Of a stretch of DNA of 46,991 bases, positions 25,871 through 38,100 are shown piece by piece. Each line of letters begins with the position of its first letter. Positions within the stretch are counted from its first letter, which is position 1. The DNA comes from a virus (Duplodnaviria; Caudoviricetes): positions 1 to 46,991 of IMG/VR virus record IMGVR_UViG_3300005662_000071; one strand, given 5' to 3'. The position numbers and the translations under genes were made by a program. The notes below the pieces were generated by a model. It made no database searches, was not told the origin of the DNA, and saw nothing but the letters and a program-made list of their open reading frames with translations.

Positions 25871-28800
25871 TTATCGTTGCATAAAGAATCCAAGGGCAAC
25901 GGGTGCTCCGTCTATGCCGCCTGTAAAATTCATCTTAGCGTTTATATTAATTTGTACGCCAGTAGTAGTACTTATCGAATTACCAGCAATGTAAACTACA
26001 CCAGATGTTAGTGTATTTACGTTCAGTGAGCTTTGACCGCCACCAATTTGGGCTGTAATATAGCTTCTAATTGCTCTCTGTGTAGGAACAACGTTGTCGC
26101 TGTTAGCTGTAAAATACGGGTCTGTTGAGAACTGCGTAATAATCGCACTACCAACACCTAATTCTACTGCACCTAACTGCAAACTGTTCAATCCGCTCAG
26201 GTTAAATGCTGACGCATTCAATGTAGCAGTACCAGTTGCCTGTTGCACTCCAAACAAGCCACCAACGTTGAAGTTACCATCTTGGTCAGTACTTGTAAAG
26301 AATACTCGTCCGCCGCCACTAGCCAACTGTTGATTAGCTGTTACTGGCTGATTATAAGGAATACCTGGGTAGTTTGTGCTGGCAAAGTTACCAGTACCAA
26401 TGTACAAGTAGTCATGTCCAGTTAAACGAACCTGTGAATACTTGAGTCTTGTAGTGATCACATCACCGTGATTTGGTGCTTGATAGACTGTAACTGCTGG
26501 GTTAACTTGAAGCTGTGCAGTATAATTGCCTGCTTCGCCTAACACGTTAGTTACTGTAACTAGCTTGAACCATATACCAGGAATACTTGCAAATTCTACG
26601 TTAGCACCAGGTTGAGGTAGTGCGTACAATCCTGCAACATTAATGAAAGTACTTGGTTGATACAAGTTTGAACGACCGTCACCTTGAATGTCAGCACTAG
26701 CGGTTGTGTTAGCAAGACCTCTGTTAGTGAAACTTGGGTTACCTAAAGCACCATCACCTTGACGAACACGAACTGCTACAACTTTAATCTTGTTAGGATC
26801 TGTAATAGTTGCTGTAGAACTTGCTCTATAAATCAAGTTGTTGGCCGTTGCAGTATTTAATGTCACTGGTGTTGCTGATCCAGGTGTAGCACTAACTTTA
26901 AATTGTGTGCTGGTAATAGTTGAACCAATTACATAGTATGTTCTTTCAATTACTAAACCGCCTGCGCTTGTTCCAAAGAATTCAATTGGTTGAGAATCTA
27001 CTAAGTTTGTAGTATTGTCAACTGTAATTAAATTAGTTGAAGTGGTTGTTGCAGTTACGTTACCTTTGGCAAATCCAGAACCTGGTTCGATCATACGGAT
27101 CTCAGTTACTACACCGCTGGCAGTTCTTACTCTACCTAGGGGTCTTGCACCAGTTTTAATACTGGCTCCCACTGTACCGCTTGAGCTTGATGCCGCAATC
27201 CAAATTGGATTGTTGCCTAGTGAACCGTTAATTGGATTACCAAATGCCAGAGCCGACCAGTTAGTGCTAGAAGTCATTGCTCTTTGAGTCCAAGTTACAC
27301 CGTCTGGGCTAGTTGCACAGATTGTTGTTCCGCTAGCAATAGCAAAGAATAAACCTTGACCGTAGGAAACATGTGTCCAGTTAACTGCACTAGGTAAGCC
27401 AGCTGGGCTTGCATTCCAAGTTACTCCGCTGTCATAGCTATAAGCTGCCGATCTTGAGTTACTTGCAATTGCTACGAAACGTCCGTTACCGTAGGCAACG
27501 CTGGTCCATGAGCTTAGTGCTCCTGGTAAGTTGCCGCCGGCAGTCCATGAACTACCATTTGAACTGTGTGCAGTACCGTTGTTTGAACTAATTGCAAGGA
27601 ATTTGTTGTTACCATAAGTAACTGCAACGTATGTTCCTGCACCTAGTGTAGGTATAGTTCTTGCTGTCCAGTTTTGACCGTTAACGCTTGATACGCATCC
27701 GTTGGTCCCGCCAACTGCAACAAACACTCCGCTACCATATGTAACGCCTGCCATGGCAGTTGAGAAAGCATTTCCAGCTGTCCATGCAGTGCCTAGGCCT
27801 GCTGGTGTTTGGTAAGCATTGTTTGTGCCAGCGATTGCAATATATTTGGCGTTGCTGTCAACAATTGATACTGTTGGTGTAGAAGTGTAACCACTACCAC
27901 CGTCATTACCAACTGCAATTGAACTTACACCTGTGTTTGACAATGTTGCCGTGGCAGTAGCTTGATTGCTTGAACCACCGCCACTTAGTGTAACTGTTGG
28001 TGCAGATGTATAACCTCTACCCCATGAATTAACAACAATTCTTGTAACTCTATCAGTTGCCGCTGTTACTGTTGGTGCTACTGTGTATCCAGATCCTGGA
28101 ATTGATACTGTTACTGTAGCAACTGCACCATTTAGCACTGTACAAGTAGCAGTTGCTCCTGTACCTGGGCCACCAAACAAGATAGTTGGAGGTGTAGTAT
28201 AACCAACACCACCGTTGATAACTCTTACAGTTGCAACTTGATCTTCTGTGGCTGCGCCTGTTGTGTTAGGTACACCTAACACAGCTTCTAATACTGCGCC
28301 TTGTCCACCTAAACCTCCAACTACGGCTGTAGCAACTGCATCCTGTCCACCGCCATAAACAACATCATTCCATGTTGAGCTAGTTGGTAGGGCTCCAGCA
28401 TTTGTCCATGTTATTCCATCGTTAGAATAAGATGTTGCTGTGCCGCCAGTTGCTACTGCTACAAATTTTTCACTACCATATGTGGCAGCTGACCATTGAG
28501 CTGTTGCACTCATAGTTCTTGCAGTGCCAGTAAATCCTGGAGCTGTGTAACTAATACGCGGCTCAACAATGTATGCTGTTGTTAAGTCTAGTGCGTTTAC
28601 AATAGGTGTTCCTGGAACAATGTGATCCCAACCACTTTCGTACATGGTTACAGTCTGACCAGTAGTAGTACCAACTGATAGCGCGGCTCCGCTTGGTGCA
28701 GACGACACTCTAAACTGTGTGCCGTTAGTGACACTCTGTACATAATACACAGTGTTAGCTGATAATGAACCTATTGCGGCTGTAAACACTACTGGCTGAT

Positions 28801-31800
28801 TTACATACAAGTTTACAGTTGTGGAAGTTGTAATATCACTACCACTAGATGCTGTTAGTGTTAATGGAGTAAAGCTGTCTTTCCACACTAGAGCTTCTTT
28901 GCTACCGTTGCTGAAAATTAATACGTTAGCGTACTGGCCTACACCTGTACCGCCTGTGATTTGTATTCTCATGCCTACGTATGCACCGCTTAGTGCAGTG
29001 TCAGTAGCTGCCAATGTAATTGTTGTCTTAGTACCGCTTTGAGCTGCATTGGCTGCGCCTGCATAGTTAGTACCACCGTATCCATTGCCATCATTTAGGT
29101 CAATAATACGTGTTTCAAATATAGCAGTATCACGGAATTCATCACCGATTGCAGTAGCATTGTAACCTGCACCGTTAATAGTAGGTGCATAGTTGGTGTA
29201 ATTTTCGCCAGCATTGCCGAATTCAAATCTTAGAACACCGTCAACACCGTCAGTTACTACGTTACTAACTTGTGCTTGGAATCCTTTGTTATCTAATGTT
29301 CCAAAAATAGGAACTTCATAACTGTCAACACCCTCAGCAATAACACCGTAAGTACCATATGAACTGTTACCGTTAGTAGCACGGATACGTCCGCCTAGTT
29401 CTGCAACATAACCAGCGTACCCGTAGTATGAGAACACTGAAACAAGTTCTGTTAAAGCGTTGTTACCTGTACACCATACCCCAATACCGTCACTTAGAAC
29501 TTGTGTAAAGTCGTTTGACACGATAGAGCGGTTGCCGCCTGCGTGTAGGGCACCGTCAATCTTACAACCTACACAGGCAGTACCAAAGTTTGTTACGTTT
29601 TGTACATAGCATGATCTGCTTGTAACCCATGCACGGCTGTCATTTGGACCAAAACCTGGGTCAAGCGATACATATGCGCCGGCTGTTGGACGTTTGGTAC
29701 CAAAATCGTTAGCTTCTGTTAGTTCGCCAGTTAATCCGCTCAATGTCATGTTACGAACACCTGTTGAGTTTCTAACATAGAACATGTCTGATTTAATAGA
29801 ACCGCCTACTGCATTATTATACAAGTTGGCCGCAAACAATGACTTATAGTTGCCTGTGTATTCCAAATCATAGATCAATGCATCAACATATGCTCGCATG
29901 TCTCTACGGCATGCGGCAGGCTCAAAGCCGTATGTTGCTTTTGCAACTCCAAATCCTGCAGATACAGCTAATGTAGATCCAGCAAGTGTTGGGTTTTCTA
30001 CTGTAAAAGTTGTTGTGCTAGGAACAGTTAAGATCTTATAAGTTTGACCAGCTGTTACTCCGCCAATTACTCCGCCAATTACAGTTGCTAGTGTTCCAGT
30101 ACCGTCAATTAGGTCAAATGTTGCTCCACCGTAGGTTTCGCTAATTGTGATCTGTGTTCCTGTTTCAACAGTCTTTACATAGTAGGTTACGCCTGATACA
30201 AGATTACCAAATCCTGTACCTGTAAACACCACGGGCATATTAGCTACAATACCAGCAGTATTACCAATAGTCACGCGATCATTTGTACCAGTAGTTGCCA
30301 CAGCAATAGTATTAACAGTTGTTGCTGTAAACACTACCGGGTCACCAGCTACTAAATTATGTGCAGAACTTGTTGTAAATGTATTAGTTGGATTGCTCTG
30401 TGCTGAAATCACAGTACCGCCAAAATTAGCACTAATCCAAGCAGTTGCTTCATTCTCTAAGAATGTTCTGTTAGCACGTAGAACTTCTGCGCCTTTGATA
30501 GTTGCTAGAGTATTGTTGTAGGTCACAGTACCAACATATTCTGGAGTTTCGCCAATACCTTTATCAAGAATATTGATGATTAAATCCATTGCTGCTCTTG
30601 CTCTTGATCTAGCAGTGGCGTTATTAGCAACTGTGGTAGTAATCTGTGTCTTTAAGAATCGTAAAGCACCGATTGTGGCAGATTTTTGAGATGCTAGTAC
30701 AATTAATGCACTGGCAACTGCTCTATGATAGGCCATTCCGGCTTTTACGGATCTGTAGTTCGAATCAAACATCATATCATAACCAACAGCATCAATAATT
30801 AGACCAATGTCTCTTGAGCAAGTTGCGCTGTTATAATCCAATGTTGGATAGTTAGTGTTGATATGTGCAATTACGGCTGCTTGAATTGTTGCTCTTGCAG
30901 TTTGTAGGCCAGTGTTCTGTGCAACTAGTGTTGCATCTACCCATCCTGTGCTTGCCAATGTAACTGTAGGAGATACACCAGTGTCAATAATTGTTGTAAT
31001 TGCATCAACTAATGCACCAACAGTGTTGGCTTCTGTGCTGGTTCCTGTTGGTCCAGTTACTCTAGCAACATCTACCTGTAGTGCAGTGTAGGCGGCATTT
31101 TGTGCAACTGCTTGAACAATTGATTTTAACACTCCGTAGGCCGCTAATGTTGCTGCCTTGTCGTTAGCATCAATTTGTAATACTGCGTTTGAATAGTATG
31201 CTTCACCTGCTTGTACACTGGCAAAGTTTCCACCGTAGGTTAAGTCGTATCTTAGTGCATCTAAAATATAGCCAATATCTTGTCTGCAACTTGTTTGACT
31301 ATAAGTAATGCCTGGATAGTTTGTTGTCAAGTATTGAATTAATTCAGCTTGTATAAATGCCTTGTTAGCCCATACTAAGTTCTTGGCATTCGCCGAGTTA
31401 GTTGTTATTGTAGAAGGATTTGGCCAAGTTAATCTTGGTACAGCACCGCCTGTGATATATGTTGTGATATCGTCGATGGTAGTCTTAACTTTAACTACTG
31501 AACCAGATGCAACAACACTCTTAACTTTATATTTTAAGAATTTTAATAATCCTAGTGTTGCAGACTTTTGACTAGATATAACAGTCTGTGCTGAACTAAT
31601 ACCTCTATAGTAAGATTTGCCTGCAACTGTTGAAGCAAAGTTAGATCCAAATAGCATGTCATAGCCAAGTGCATCAACAATTAGCCCCACATCTCTTGAG
31701 CAGGTTGACTCATTGAATGTTAAGTTTTGATTAAACTTCTTAACCCAACCTACTGCATCGCTTTGAATTTCAGCTTTTGCTGCCTGCAGGGCAGTGTTGG

Positions 31801-34800
31801 CAGCAACAATGTCACTAGCAACCCACGCAGTTGAAGGAGCAATCACTGCTGGAGATGTACCATTGGTTATCCAGTCAATAACATCTTGCATACGGTCTTG
31901 CGCGAATGTGGCTGCTGACGCATTGCCGCCTGTACCAGTTACTACTTGCGGAGTACTATTTCCAGCTTGAGGAGTAACCGCTAATTTTTGTGCAACATCA
32001 TCGATAATGCTCTTCATGTGAGTGTAGGCTGCAATAGTTGCGGCTTTGCTGTATGAAGGAATTGTTAACAAGGTGTAACTAAAATATGCACTACCTGTGA
32101 TTAGTGTTTGTGTATTTCCACCATAGGTAATGTCATAACGAATAGCATCTAAGATGTATTCAACATCTCGTTGGCACTTAGCTTGACCTGTTGCACCAAG
32201 CTGTACCCATACGCTGTTGAAGTTGTTAGAAATATACTGACTAACATCTGCTTTAATAAAGGCATAGTTTTGTGCCAACTGTGTTCTAGCATTGGCAAAA
32301 TTTGAATCGTAGCCTGTTGGATCTGGCATTACTTCTATTGGGGCTCCGCCTAATCCGTTGGCTAAAATATCATACATGACGTCTACGTTAACTACTGATC
32401 TATCGATAGCAGTTTGGCTACCTACATTGCCTGCAGGCAAAGTAGTAACTTGAGTCTCGGTATTGCCCGTAGTTGGTGTTACTGCAATATTTTGCATAAC
32501 ATCGCTGGCAATATTTTTAATTCTAGTAAGTGCTGAAATAGTCTTTGACTTGTCATTAACTAGGCTAGCAATAGCTGGTTGAGGCTGTACTACTGAACCA
32601 CGAAGTTCATCGCCTACAATTGCCACGTTCTTTGGCACAACAATTGGAAGAATCTCAAAGAATGTACCTGTCTTAACACTAATTGTTGTATTAGCCTGTG
32701 CACCTACTGGTATTGCTGTTGCACTACCTGCTTGTATACCTTTTACAACGATATCTACTAGACTTACTGCAACATCGTCAATATCCGGTTCTGCAGTTAA
32801 GGTCAAGTCAATGTTTTGAATTGCTTGATCACCAACAGACACGCTGTTTAGAGTTTGATAGTTATTTGCTGGGGCAGTATTGTTTAATACTGCTGCCACT
32901 AACACTTTTAAGTAATTATAGGCAGCAACAGTCTGTGTTGCTTGTTGGCCAAAATTGCTGGTAATATAAGCATTACCTAGTGTAGTATAGTATGATCTTG
33001 CGCACTTAACTGAATCGTCTGTACCACCGTGTCCAATATCATATACTAATGCATCTACAATATAACCAACATCGCGTTGGCACTTGTTATAATCGTATGC
33101 TAATGAACCGGTCATAGCGGCGGTCTGTGTGCCCAATGCCTTTACCAGGCCGCCTTGTGTGTCGCTAATAGTAAAGTGTGTCTCATCAATTACTTGTTTG
33201 ACAAAATATTTTGTTCCAGCAGTTACGCCGCCAACTGTTCCACTGAACTGTATTGGCATATTAGCAGTTAATGCACTTGTTGACCCTGCTGTAAATTCGT
33301 TAGTTGCGGCACTAGAACCAGTAATGCTAACACTGTAAGTATAGGTGATCCAATTACTTACTTCTTTCATTAAGAACTGTTTGTTCTTAGCCAGCAATGC
33401 TGTTGAGTGTCTATATAGGTAACCGTCTTCAATCTGCTTACATGCATATCGAATAGTTTTCCAAGGCTTGTCTAATGTTAGACCGTAGCCACCTTCGAGA
33501 CTGTCTACACCATTAGGTGCAACATATACTAGGTTATTAATAACACCATAGTAGGCCCACTTTGGATATGACCCTGAAACACGTAACAATTGGCCGTCTT
33601 GGCCTAATGGCAAGCGTGTAGGACCTGTGTCACCGTAGTAAAATATGTCACCCTTGGTTGTTAACGAAGCAGATTCTGCACCAGCAGTTAACAAGTTCCA
33701 ATAGTCAGCTGAAATATCGTTATCTGGTCTGTTAGGTGTTGCGCCAATATGTGCGGCTACACAGATGTAGCTGTTGGCACCAAAGAATACAACATCGCCT
33801 AGTACATAGGCTGTACCAACTTCCCAAGTAGTTGAAATACCCGCTACTGTAATATCTGTAATTGTACCGCTACTTACACCGGTAACAGTTATAGTAATGT
33901 CGTTTACCGGAGTAATACCGCCAACTGCTGTACCTAAAATCTTAATTTGGTTAGTAGTAGCGTAGCCGCTTCCTACGTTGTTAACTGTAACTACGTAAGT
34001 TGTGTTCTGTCTAGTTACATCAAATGTTGCACTTGTTCCAGTGCCAGACAAGTTAGTTCCTACGACACCTGTATATGTACCGTTAGAAGGTGCCCACTTT
34101 AATCCAGAATTTAATTTTGCCCAAAATGCACTAATAGGGGCAGGTTCTTCATCTGTACTGTCTGCTGTGGCTAGGTAAGTGTAGCCTCCTAGGCGTACTA
34201 CGTCACCTACTTTATAATCAGTGGCGCTGTCCCAATCGTTACGGAAATTAAAACCAGTAGTGAATACATCCCAGTCTAGCGGGCTTGATGTTGGAATAGC
34301 ATCAGTGTTGTTTCGCTTGGCAATATAAGAGTATCCACCATAGGTAACAGTGTCACCTATTTGATATACTGTTTCACTATCCCAAGAATTTTCAAATTCA
34401 AAGCCGTTTAAGAAAACACTCCACTTATCTGTTGGGAATGGACTATCATCGGAAGTGTGGTGTGCTGTACAGATCCAAAGGTCAGCACCGTATTTGACAA
34501 TATCGTTAATACGATAACGAGTTGCATCGGCTACCCATGTGCTTCTATAAACAATACCTTGATTAAATATGTCCCATTTGCTGAGATCAGCTTCTAAACC
34601 AACGCTGGCAGAAGCGTTGGATATATGAGCTTGATTACACACATAGGTTGTACCACCGTATGTTACAAAGTCGTTGACCTTGTATCTAGTAGCTTCAGCC
34701 CATGCACCTTTCCAATCAAAGCTTTCTGCAAACAAGTCCCAGTTGGCTAGGTTTTGTTCAAGCCCTAAAAAGTTAGGCGATGCGTAGGTAGCAGACGTGT

Positions 34801-35086
34801 GTATTTGTTTACAGATGTAAATCATACCACCATACTTAACTATGTCGCCTAGATTATAGTATGTAGATGGAGTCCATTCGTTTCTCCATGTCTGACCGTC
34901 GGAAACTAAATCCCATTTTCTAGGAATAGCGCCAACATCAGTAGCCCAATCATTTGACGAGTGATTTAATACGCAGATATAGCTCTTGCCACCTCTGCTG
35001 ATTACATCGTCTACGACGTAGTTAGTAGCTGTGGACCAATCACCTTGCCACACAAATCGTATTCTACCAAGTTTAAATTCTGCCAT
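25871..35086 (-). CDS. Giant modular virion/tail fibre protein (3071 aa)
   Basis: Seven N-terminal W-x5-Y-x2-GD-x-V-x-YGG repeats, a beta-helix-like segment, six CxRD helical repeats, YGxGxFVA..SxDG..W propeller-like repeats, and a conserved C-terminal GRVFFTSTDQDGNF.VG. Confidence 0.8.
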   Translation of the reverse strand: MAEFKLGRIRFVWQGDWSTATNYVVDDVISRGGKSYICVLNHSSNDWATDVGAIPRKWDLVSDGQTWRNEWTPSTYYNLGDIVKYGGMIYICKQIHTSATYASPNFLGLEQNLANWDLFAESFDWKGAWAEATRYKVNDFVTYGGTTYVCNQAHISNASASVGLEADLSKWDIFNQGIVYRSTWVADATRYRINDIVKYGADLWICTAHHTSDDSPFPTDKWSVFLNGFEFENSWDSETVYQIGDTVTYGGYSYIAKRNNTDAIPTSSPLDWDVFTTGFNFRNDWDSATDYKVGDVVRLGGYTYLATADSTDEEPAPISAFWAKLNSGLKWAPSNGTYTGVVGTNLSGTGTSATFDVTRQNTTYVVTVNNVGSGYATTNQIKILGTAVGGITPVNDITITVTGVSSGTITDITVAGISTTWEVGTAYVLGDVVFFGANSYICVAAHIGATPNRPDNDISADYWNLLTAGAESASLTTKGDIFYYGDTGPTRLPLGQDGQLLRVSGSYPKWAYYGVINNLVYVAPNGVDSLEGGYGLTLDKPWKTIRYACKQIEDGYLYRHSTALLAKNKQFLMKEVSNWITYTYSVSITGSSAATNEFTAGSTSALTANMPIQFSGTVGGVTAGTKYFVKQVIDETHFTISDTQGGLVKALGTQTAAMTGSLAYDYNKCQRDVGYIVDALVYDIGHGGTDDSVKCARSYYTTLGNAYITSNFGQQATQTVAAYNYLKVLVAAVLNNTAPANNYQTLNSVSVGDQAIQNIDLTLTAEPDIDDVAVSLVDIVVKGIQAGSATAIPVGAQANTTISVKTGTFFEILPIVVPKNVAIVGDELRGSVVQPQPAIASLVNDKSKTISALTRIKNIASDVMQNIAVTPTTGNTETQVTTLPAGNVGSQTAIDRSVVNVDVMYDILANGLGGAPIEVMPDPTGYDSNFANARTQLAQNYAFIKADVSQYISNNFNSVWVQLGATGQAKCQRDVEYILDAIRYDITYGGNTQTLITGSAYFSYTLLTIPSYSKAATIAAYTHMKSIIDDVAQKLAVTPQAGNSTPQVVTGTGGNASAATFAQDRMQDVIDWITNGTSPAVIAPSTAWVASDIVAANTALQAAKAEIQSDAVGWVKKFNQNLTFNESTCSRDVGLIVDALGYDMLFGSNFASTVAGKSYYRGISSAQTVISSQKSATLGLLKFLKYKVKSVVASGSVVKVKTTIDDITTYITGGAVPRLTWPNPSTITTNSANAKNLVWANKAFIQAELIQYLTTNYPGITYSQTSCRQDIGYILDALRYDLTYGGNFASVQAGEAYYSNAVLQIDANDKAATLAAYGVLKSIVQAVAQNAAYTALQVDVARVTGPTGTSTEANTVGALVDAITTIIDTGVSPTVTLASTGWVDATLVAQNTGLQTARATIQAAVIAHINTNYPTLDYNSATCSRDIGLIIDAVGYDMMFDSNYRSVKAGMAYHRAVASALIVLASQKSATIGALRFLKTQITTTVANNATARSRARAAMDLIINILDKGIGETPEYVGTVTYNNTLATIKGAEVLRANRTFLENEATAWISANFGGTVISAQSNPTNTFTTSSAHNLVAGDPVVFTATTVNTIAVATTGTNDRVTIGNTAGIVANMPVVFTGTGFGNLVSGVTYYVKTVETGTQITISETYGGATFDLIDGTGTLATVIGGVIGGVTAGQTYKILTVPSTTTFTVENPTLAGSTLAVSAGFGVAKATYGFEPAACRRDMRAYVDALIYDLEYTGNYKSLFAANLYNNAVGGSIKSDMFYVRNSTGVRNMTLSGLTGELTEANDFGTKRPTAGAYVSLDPGFGPNDSRAWVTSRSCYVQNVTNFGTACVGCKIDGALHAGGNRSIVSNDFTQVLSDGIGVWCTGNNALTELVSVFSYYGYAGYVAELGGRIRATNGNSSYGTYGVIAEGVDSYEVPIFGTLDNKGFQAQVSNVVTDGVDGVLRFEFGNAGENYTNYAPTINGAGYNATAIGDEFRDTAIFETRIIDLNDGNGYGGTNYAGAANAAQSGTKTTITLAATDTALSGAYVGMRIQITGGTGVGQYANVLIFSNGSKEALVWKDSFTPLTLTASSGSDITTSTTVNLYVNQPVVFTAAIGSLSANTVYYVQSVTNGTQFRVSSAPSGAALSVGTTTGQTVTMYESGWDHIVPGTPIVNALDLTTAYIVEPRISYTAPGFTGTARTMSATAQWSAATYGSEKFVAVATGGTATSYSNDGITWTNAGALPTSSTWNDVVYGGGQDAVATAVVGGLGGQGAVLEAVLGVPNTTGAATEDQVATVRVINGGVGYTTPPTILFGGPGTGATATCTVLNGAVATVTVSIPGSGYTVAPTVTAATDRVTRIVVNSWGRGYTSAPTVTLSGGGSSNQATATATLSNTGVSSIAVGNDGGSGYTSTPTVSIVDSNAKYIAIAGTNNAYQTPAGLGTAWTAGNAFSTAMAGVTYGSGVFVAVGGTNGCVSSVNGQNWTARTIPTLGAGTYVAVTYGNNKFLAISSNNGTAHSSNGSSWTAGGNLPGALSSWTSVAYGNGRFVAIASNSRSAAYSYDSGVTWNASPAGLPSAVNWTHVSYGQGLFFAIASGTTICATSPDGVTWTQRAMTSSTNWSALAFGNPINGSLGNNPIWIAASSSSGTVGASIKTGARPLGRVRTASGVVTEIRMIEPGSGFAKGNVTATTTSTNLITVDNTTNLVDSQPIEFFGTSAGGLVIERTYYVIGSTITSTQFKVSATPGSATPVTLNTATANNLIYRASSTATITDPNKIKVVAVRVRQGDGALGNPSFTNRGLANTTASADIQGDGRSNLYQPSTFINVAGLYALPQPGANVEFASIPGIWFKLVTVTNVLGEAGNYTAQLQVNPAVTVYQAPNHGDVITTRLKYSQVRLTGHDYLYIGTGNFASTNYPGIPYNQPVTANQQLASGGGRVFFTSTDQDGNFNVGGLFGVQQATGTATLNASAFNLSGLNSLQLGAVELGVGSAIITQFSTDPYFTANSDNVVPTQRAIRSYITAQIGGGQSSLNVNTLTSGVVYIAGNSISTTTGVQININAKMNFTGGIDGAPVALGFFMQR

Positions 35087-35104
35087 TTTTTTATCCTCTG
35101 ATAA

Positions 35105-35112
35105 TATTTATC
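35105..35112 (-). promoter_or_regulatory. Late promoter-like motif GATAAATA
   Basis: Intergenic, followed by an AGAGGA RBS and ATG 35086. Confidence 0.6.
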
Positions 35113-35125
35113 TTTTCTGTTTTTC

Positions 35126-38100
35126 TTATCTACGCCACCACGTTTTAATGAAGTATTGCAGGGCTAAACCATCCCCTGCCCAGGCTGCTGAGTCTCCAGC
35201 AACTACTACTTTATTAATCATCTTAATCGAAGAACCATTTTGTCCTTCTGGAATAGTGTTTTCTATCTTGTCAGGGCCACCGATTCTAATAACACCAGCA
35301 GTTGTTTGTCCTGTAAATGTGTTAGAACCACCCTGGCTCAATCTTCCTGTTAGGTATGCTTTAATAGCTTTCTGTGTTGGAACTGTATTATTACTGTTTG
35401 CAACAAAAGTACTATCTGTTGAGAACTGTCTAATTACAACTCCAGCACCGCCTACAGCAATACCGCCCAAACTCAACTGATCTAGTCCTTCTAATCCAAA
35501 CTGTGTTGCACTAATTGTAATAATACCAGTTGCCTGTTCAACGTTAAACAACCCACCAACTCGGAAGTTACCATCTTGGTCGGTTGATGTATAAAACACG
35601 CGGCCGTTATTAGATTCAATAACTTGGTCTTGAGGTGCTAATTCAGTATCTTGTGGGAATCCTGGATAGTTTGACTGCTCTTTATTACCATAACCAATGT
35701 TTAAGAAGTCATGTCCTGTTAAACGTACTTGACTATACTGTGTTCTAATAGTCACATCGTCTAGATGATCAGGACTTCTTGCTCTTGAAATATCTGGGGC
35801 AACATCTAGTGTAGCCATAATGTTTGGAGCAACTGTTCCAAACATTGCAGTTGCATTGGTAATTTTGTAAGATACTGTTTCTGAGCCGATAATCAAGTTA
35901 TCACCTGGGCGTGGTAATCTAGTTAATTCTGTACAAACTAGTTTAAATCCTGTTTGATATGCGTCAGCAAAACCATTACCGCTAACTGTAATACTAGTAG
36001 AGTTAGTGTTGTAACCTGTTCCTCTATTTACAAATGTTGGATTTGCCAAGACACCATTTGCGGATCTAACTAGTACTCCAGCTAAATGACTAGCATTTGG
36101 ATCTGTTACAGTTAACTCAGGAGTACTACTATAGTTAGACCCTGGCTCCCATATTGCCATAGAAATAACTTCCCCTGACACTACTGTAAGTCTGCCTTTG
36201 GTAGTAGTTCCTGCAAACATAGTCGACCCTACGCTTTGACCAGCGGCACTAACAAATGTTCCAATGTAGTTTGCGCCCATGAATCCAAATGCTGTAGCAC
36301 CGTATGCATCAGCTGTTACAGATCTAGTTTTCCATCTAATACCGTCTTCGCTGGTATATGCAGTTGTTCCCGAAGCAGGTGTTGCTAAAAACACACCTTG
36401 ACCATAGACTATTTTTGATGCCGTAATTGGTAAGTTGCTTTGTCTCCAATTTATGCCGTCAGTTGTCACTGCTGTATTTGCACCATCGCTTGATACTGCT
36501 ACGAATATTCCATTACCAAATGCAATATCACTCCAATTAGTATTACTTGGTAGAGTTGACGCTGCCCACGATGTGCCATTTGTACTGTAGGCAGCGGTTG
36601 TTCCGCTGCCTGCTACTGCTACAAATTTTCCTGCGCCGTAGGCTAGGCCGCTCCAGGCTGCATTTGGGAGTCCCGATCCTGCAGACCATGTTGCACCGTA
36701 GGTATTTGAATAGGCACTAGATGCTGTGCCTGTTGCAATAGCAACAAATTTACCATCACCGTAGGCTAGTCTGTTCCAAGTAGTCTTAGAAGGTAACGCA
36801 CCGACTTTCCAAGTTGCGCCGTTTGATGCAGAATATATAACTTTTGAATTACTCTCAGTCATTCCACCGTTTTGAGATATTACAACATAGTAGCTGTTAC
36901 CGTAGGCACCTGCAGTCCATTCAGCTTGTGTTGGTACTCCTAATGCTGTCCAAGTTGCGCCATCTGTTGATCTTGCAAATATTGAATTCGCACTAGGTAT
37001 GGCAATAAATTGTCCCGGACCGTGCATGATATCTACATAGGTAGTTCCTGTGGCCAGTGTTGGCAATGTAGCAGAAGTTTGACTAAATTCCGGAGATAGA
37101 AACTGTGTTCTTGGTTCAATAAAATAAACTGTTGAACTGTCTAGAGCTGATTCAATTTCGCTTCCTGGATTGATGTGATCCCAACCGACTTCAGCTACGT
37201 TCATAGACCCAGTTGCTGCCGTTAATGCTACATCTGAATTCCCACCTGGAATTGTTGTAACGGTAAACGACGAGGCTGTAATTGTTCTTACATAATATGT
37301 TACGCCTTTGCTGATTCCTCCAAATAGTGAAGTACTAAATGAAGCATTCATTGCGCCGTAATCGGCAGTTAGTGTTTCTATAGCATTAGTAAATGATGCA
37401 GTAACAGACCCACCAGTTTCTGTTGTCACTTCTACCGGAGCTGGTGCTGTCTGTGCTGTCATGTAACCAGTTGCATTAATTTGATTTACTGCGCCTCCAC
37501 CGGGTGTACCACTAACTGTAAATGATACACCATCGTTAACCGCTAGGATGTAATAGATATTGCCTGGCACTAGATTACCAAATTGATTACCTATAAATCT
37601 AATTGGGTTGTTGGCAACAAATCCTGCTGTTGAATCTACAAAGATCAAGTTAGTTGTTGTTTGTGTTTCTGATGCAACGGCATTGATTACCTGACTGGCC
37701 ACTGTAAAAGTTGTGCCGCCAAGGATTTTACTTACATAATATTTGGTGTCTTTGGTTAATCCGCCAAAGGCTGTGTCAAATACTATTGGATCTAACAAGT
37801 TTAAATCTGCGGTTGACCCTGCTGTAATAGCACTACCTGTAGCATTAGTCGCTGTAACTGTGGTAGTTAACAGTGTATCTGCAATGGTAAATGTAGTTGC
37901 ATCGATGATATCTTTAATGTAATATCTAACCGCAGTTGTTATACCGCCTGTACTTTCTCCTGTAAAGTTAACCGGCATGTGTAACAACATATTGTCGGTT
38001 GATCCTGCTGTGATATAGTTGGTATTAGATGGAAAATTAATATCCATTTCACTACCTGATGCAGAAACTAGCAACCATTCGTTACCAAATTGTTCGTTTG

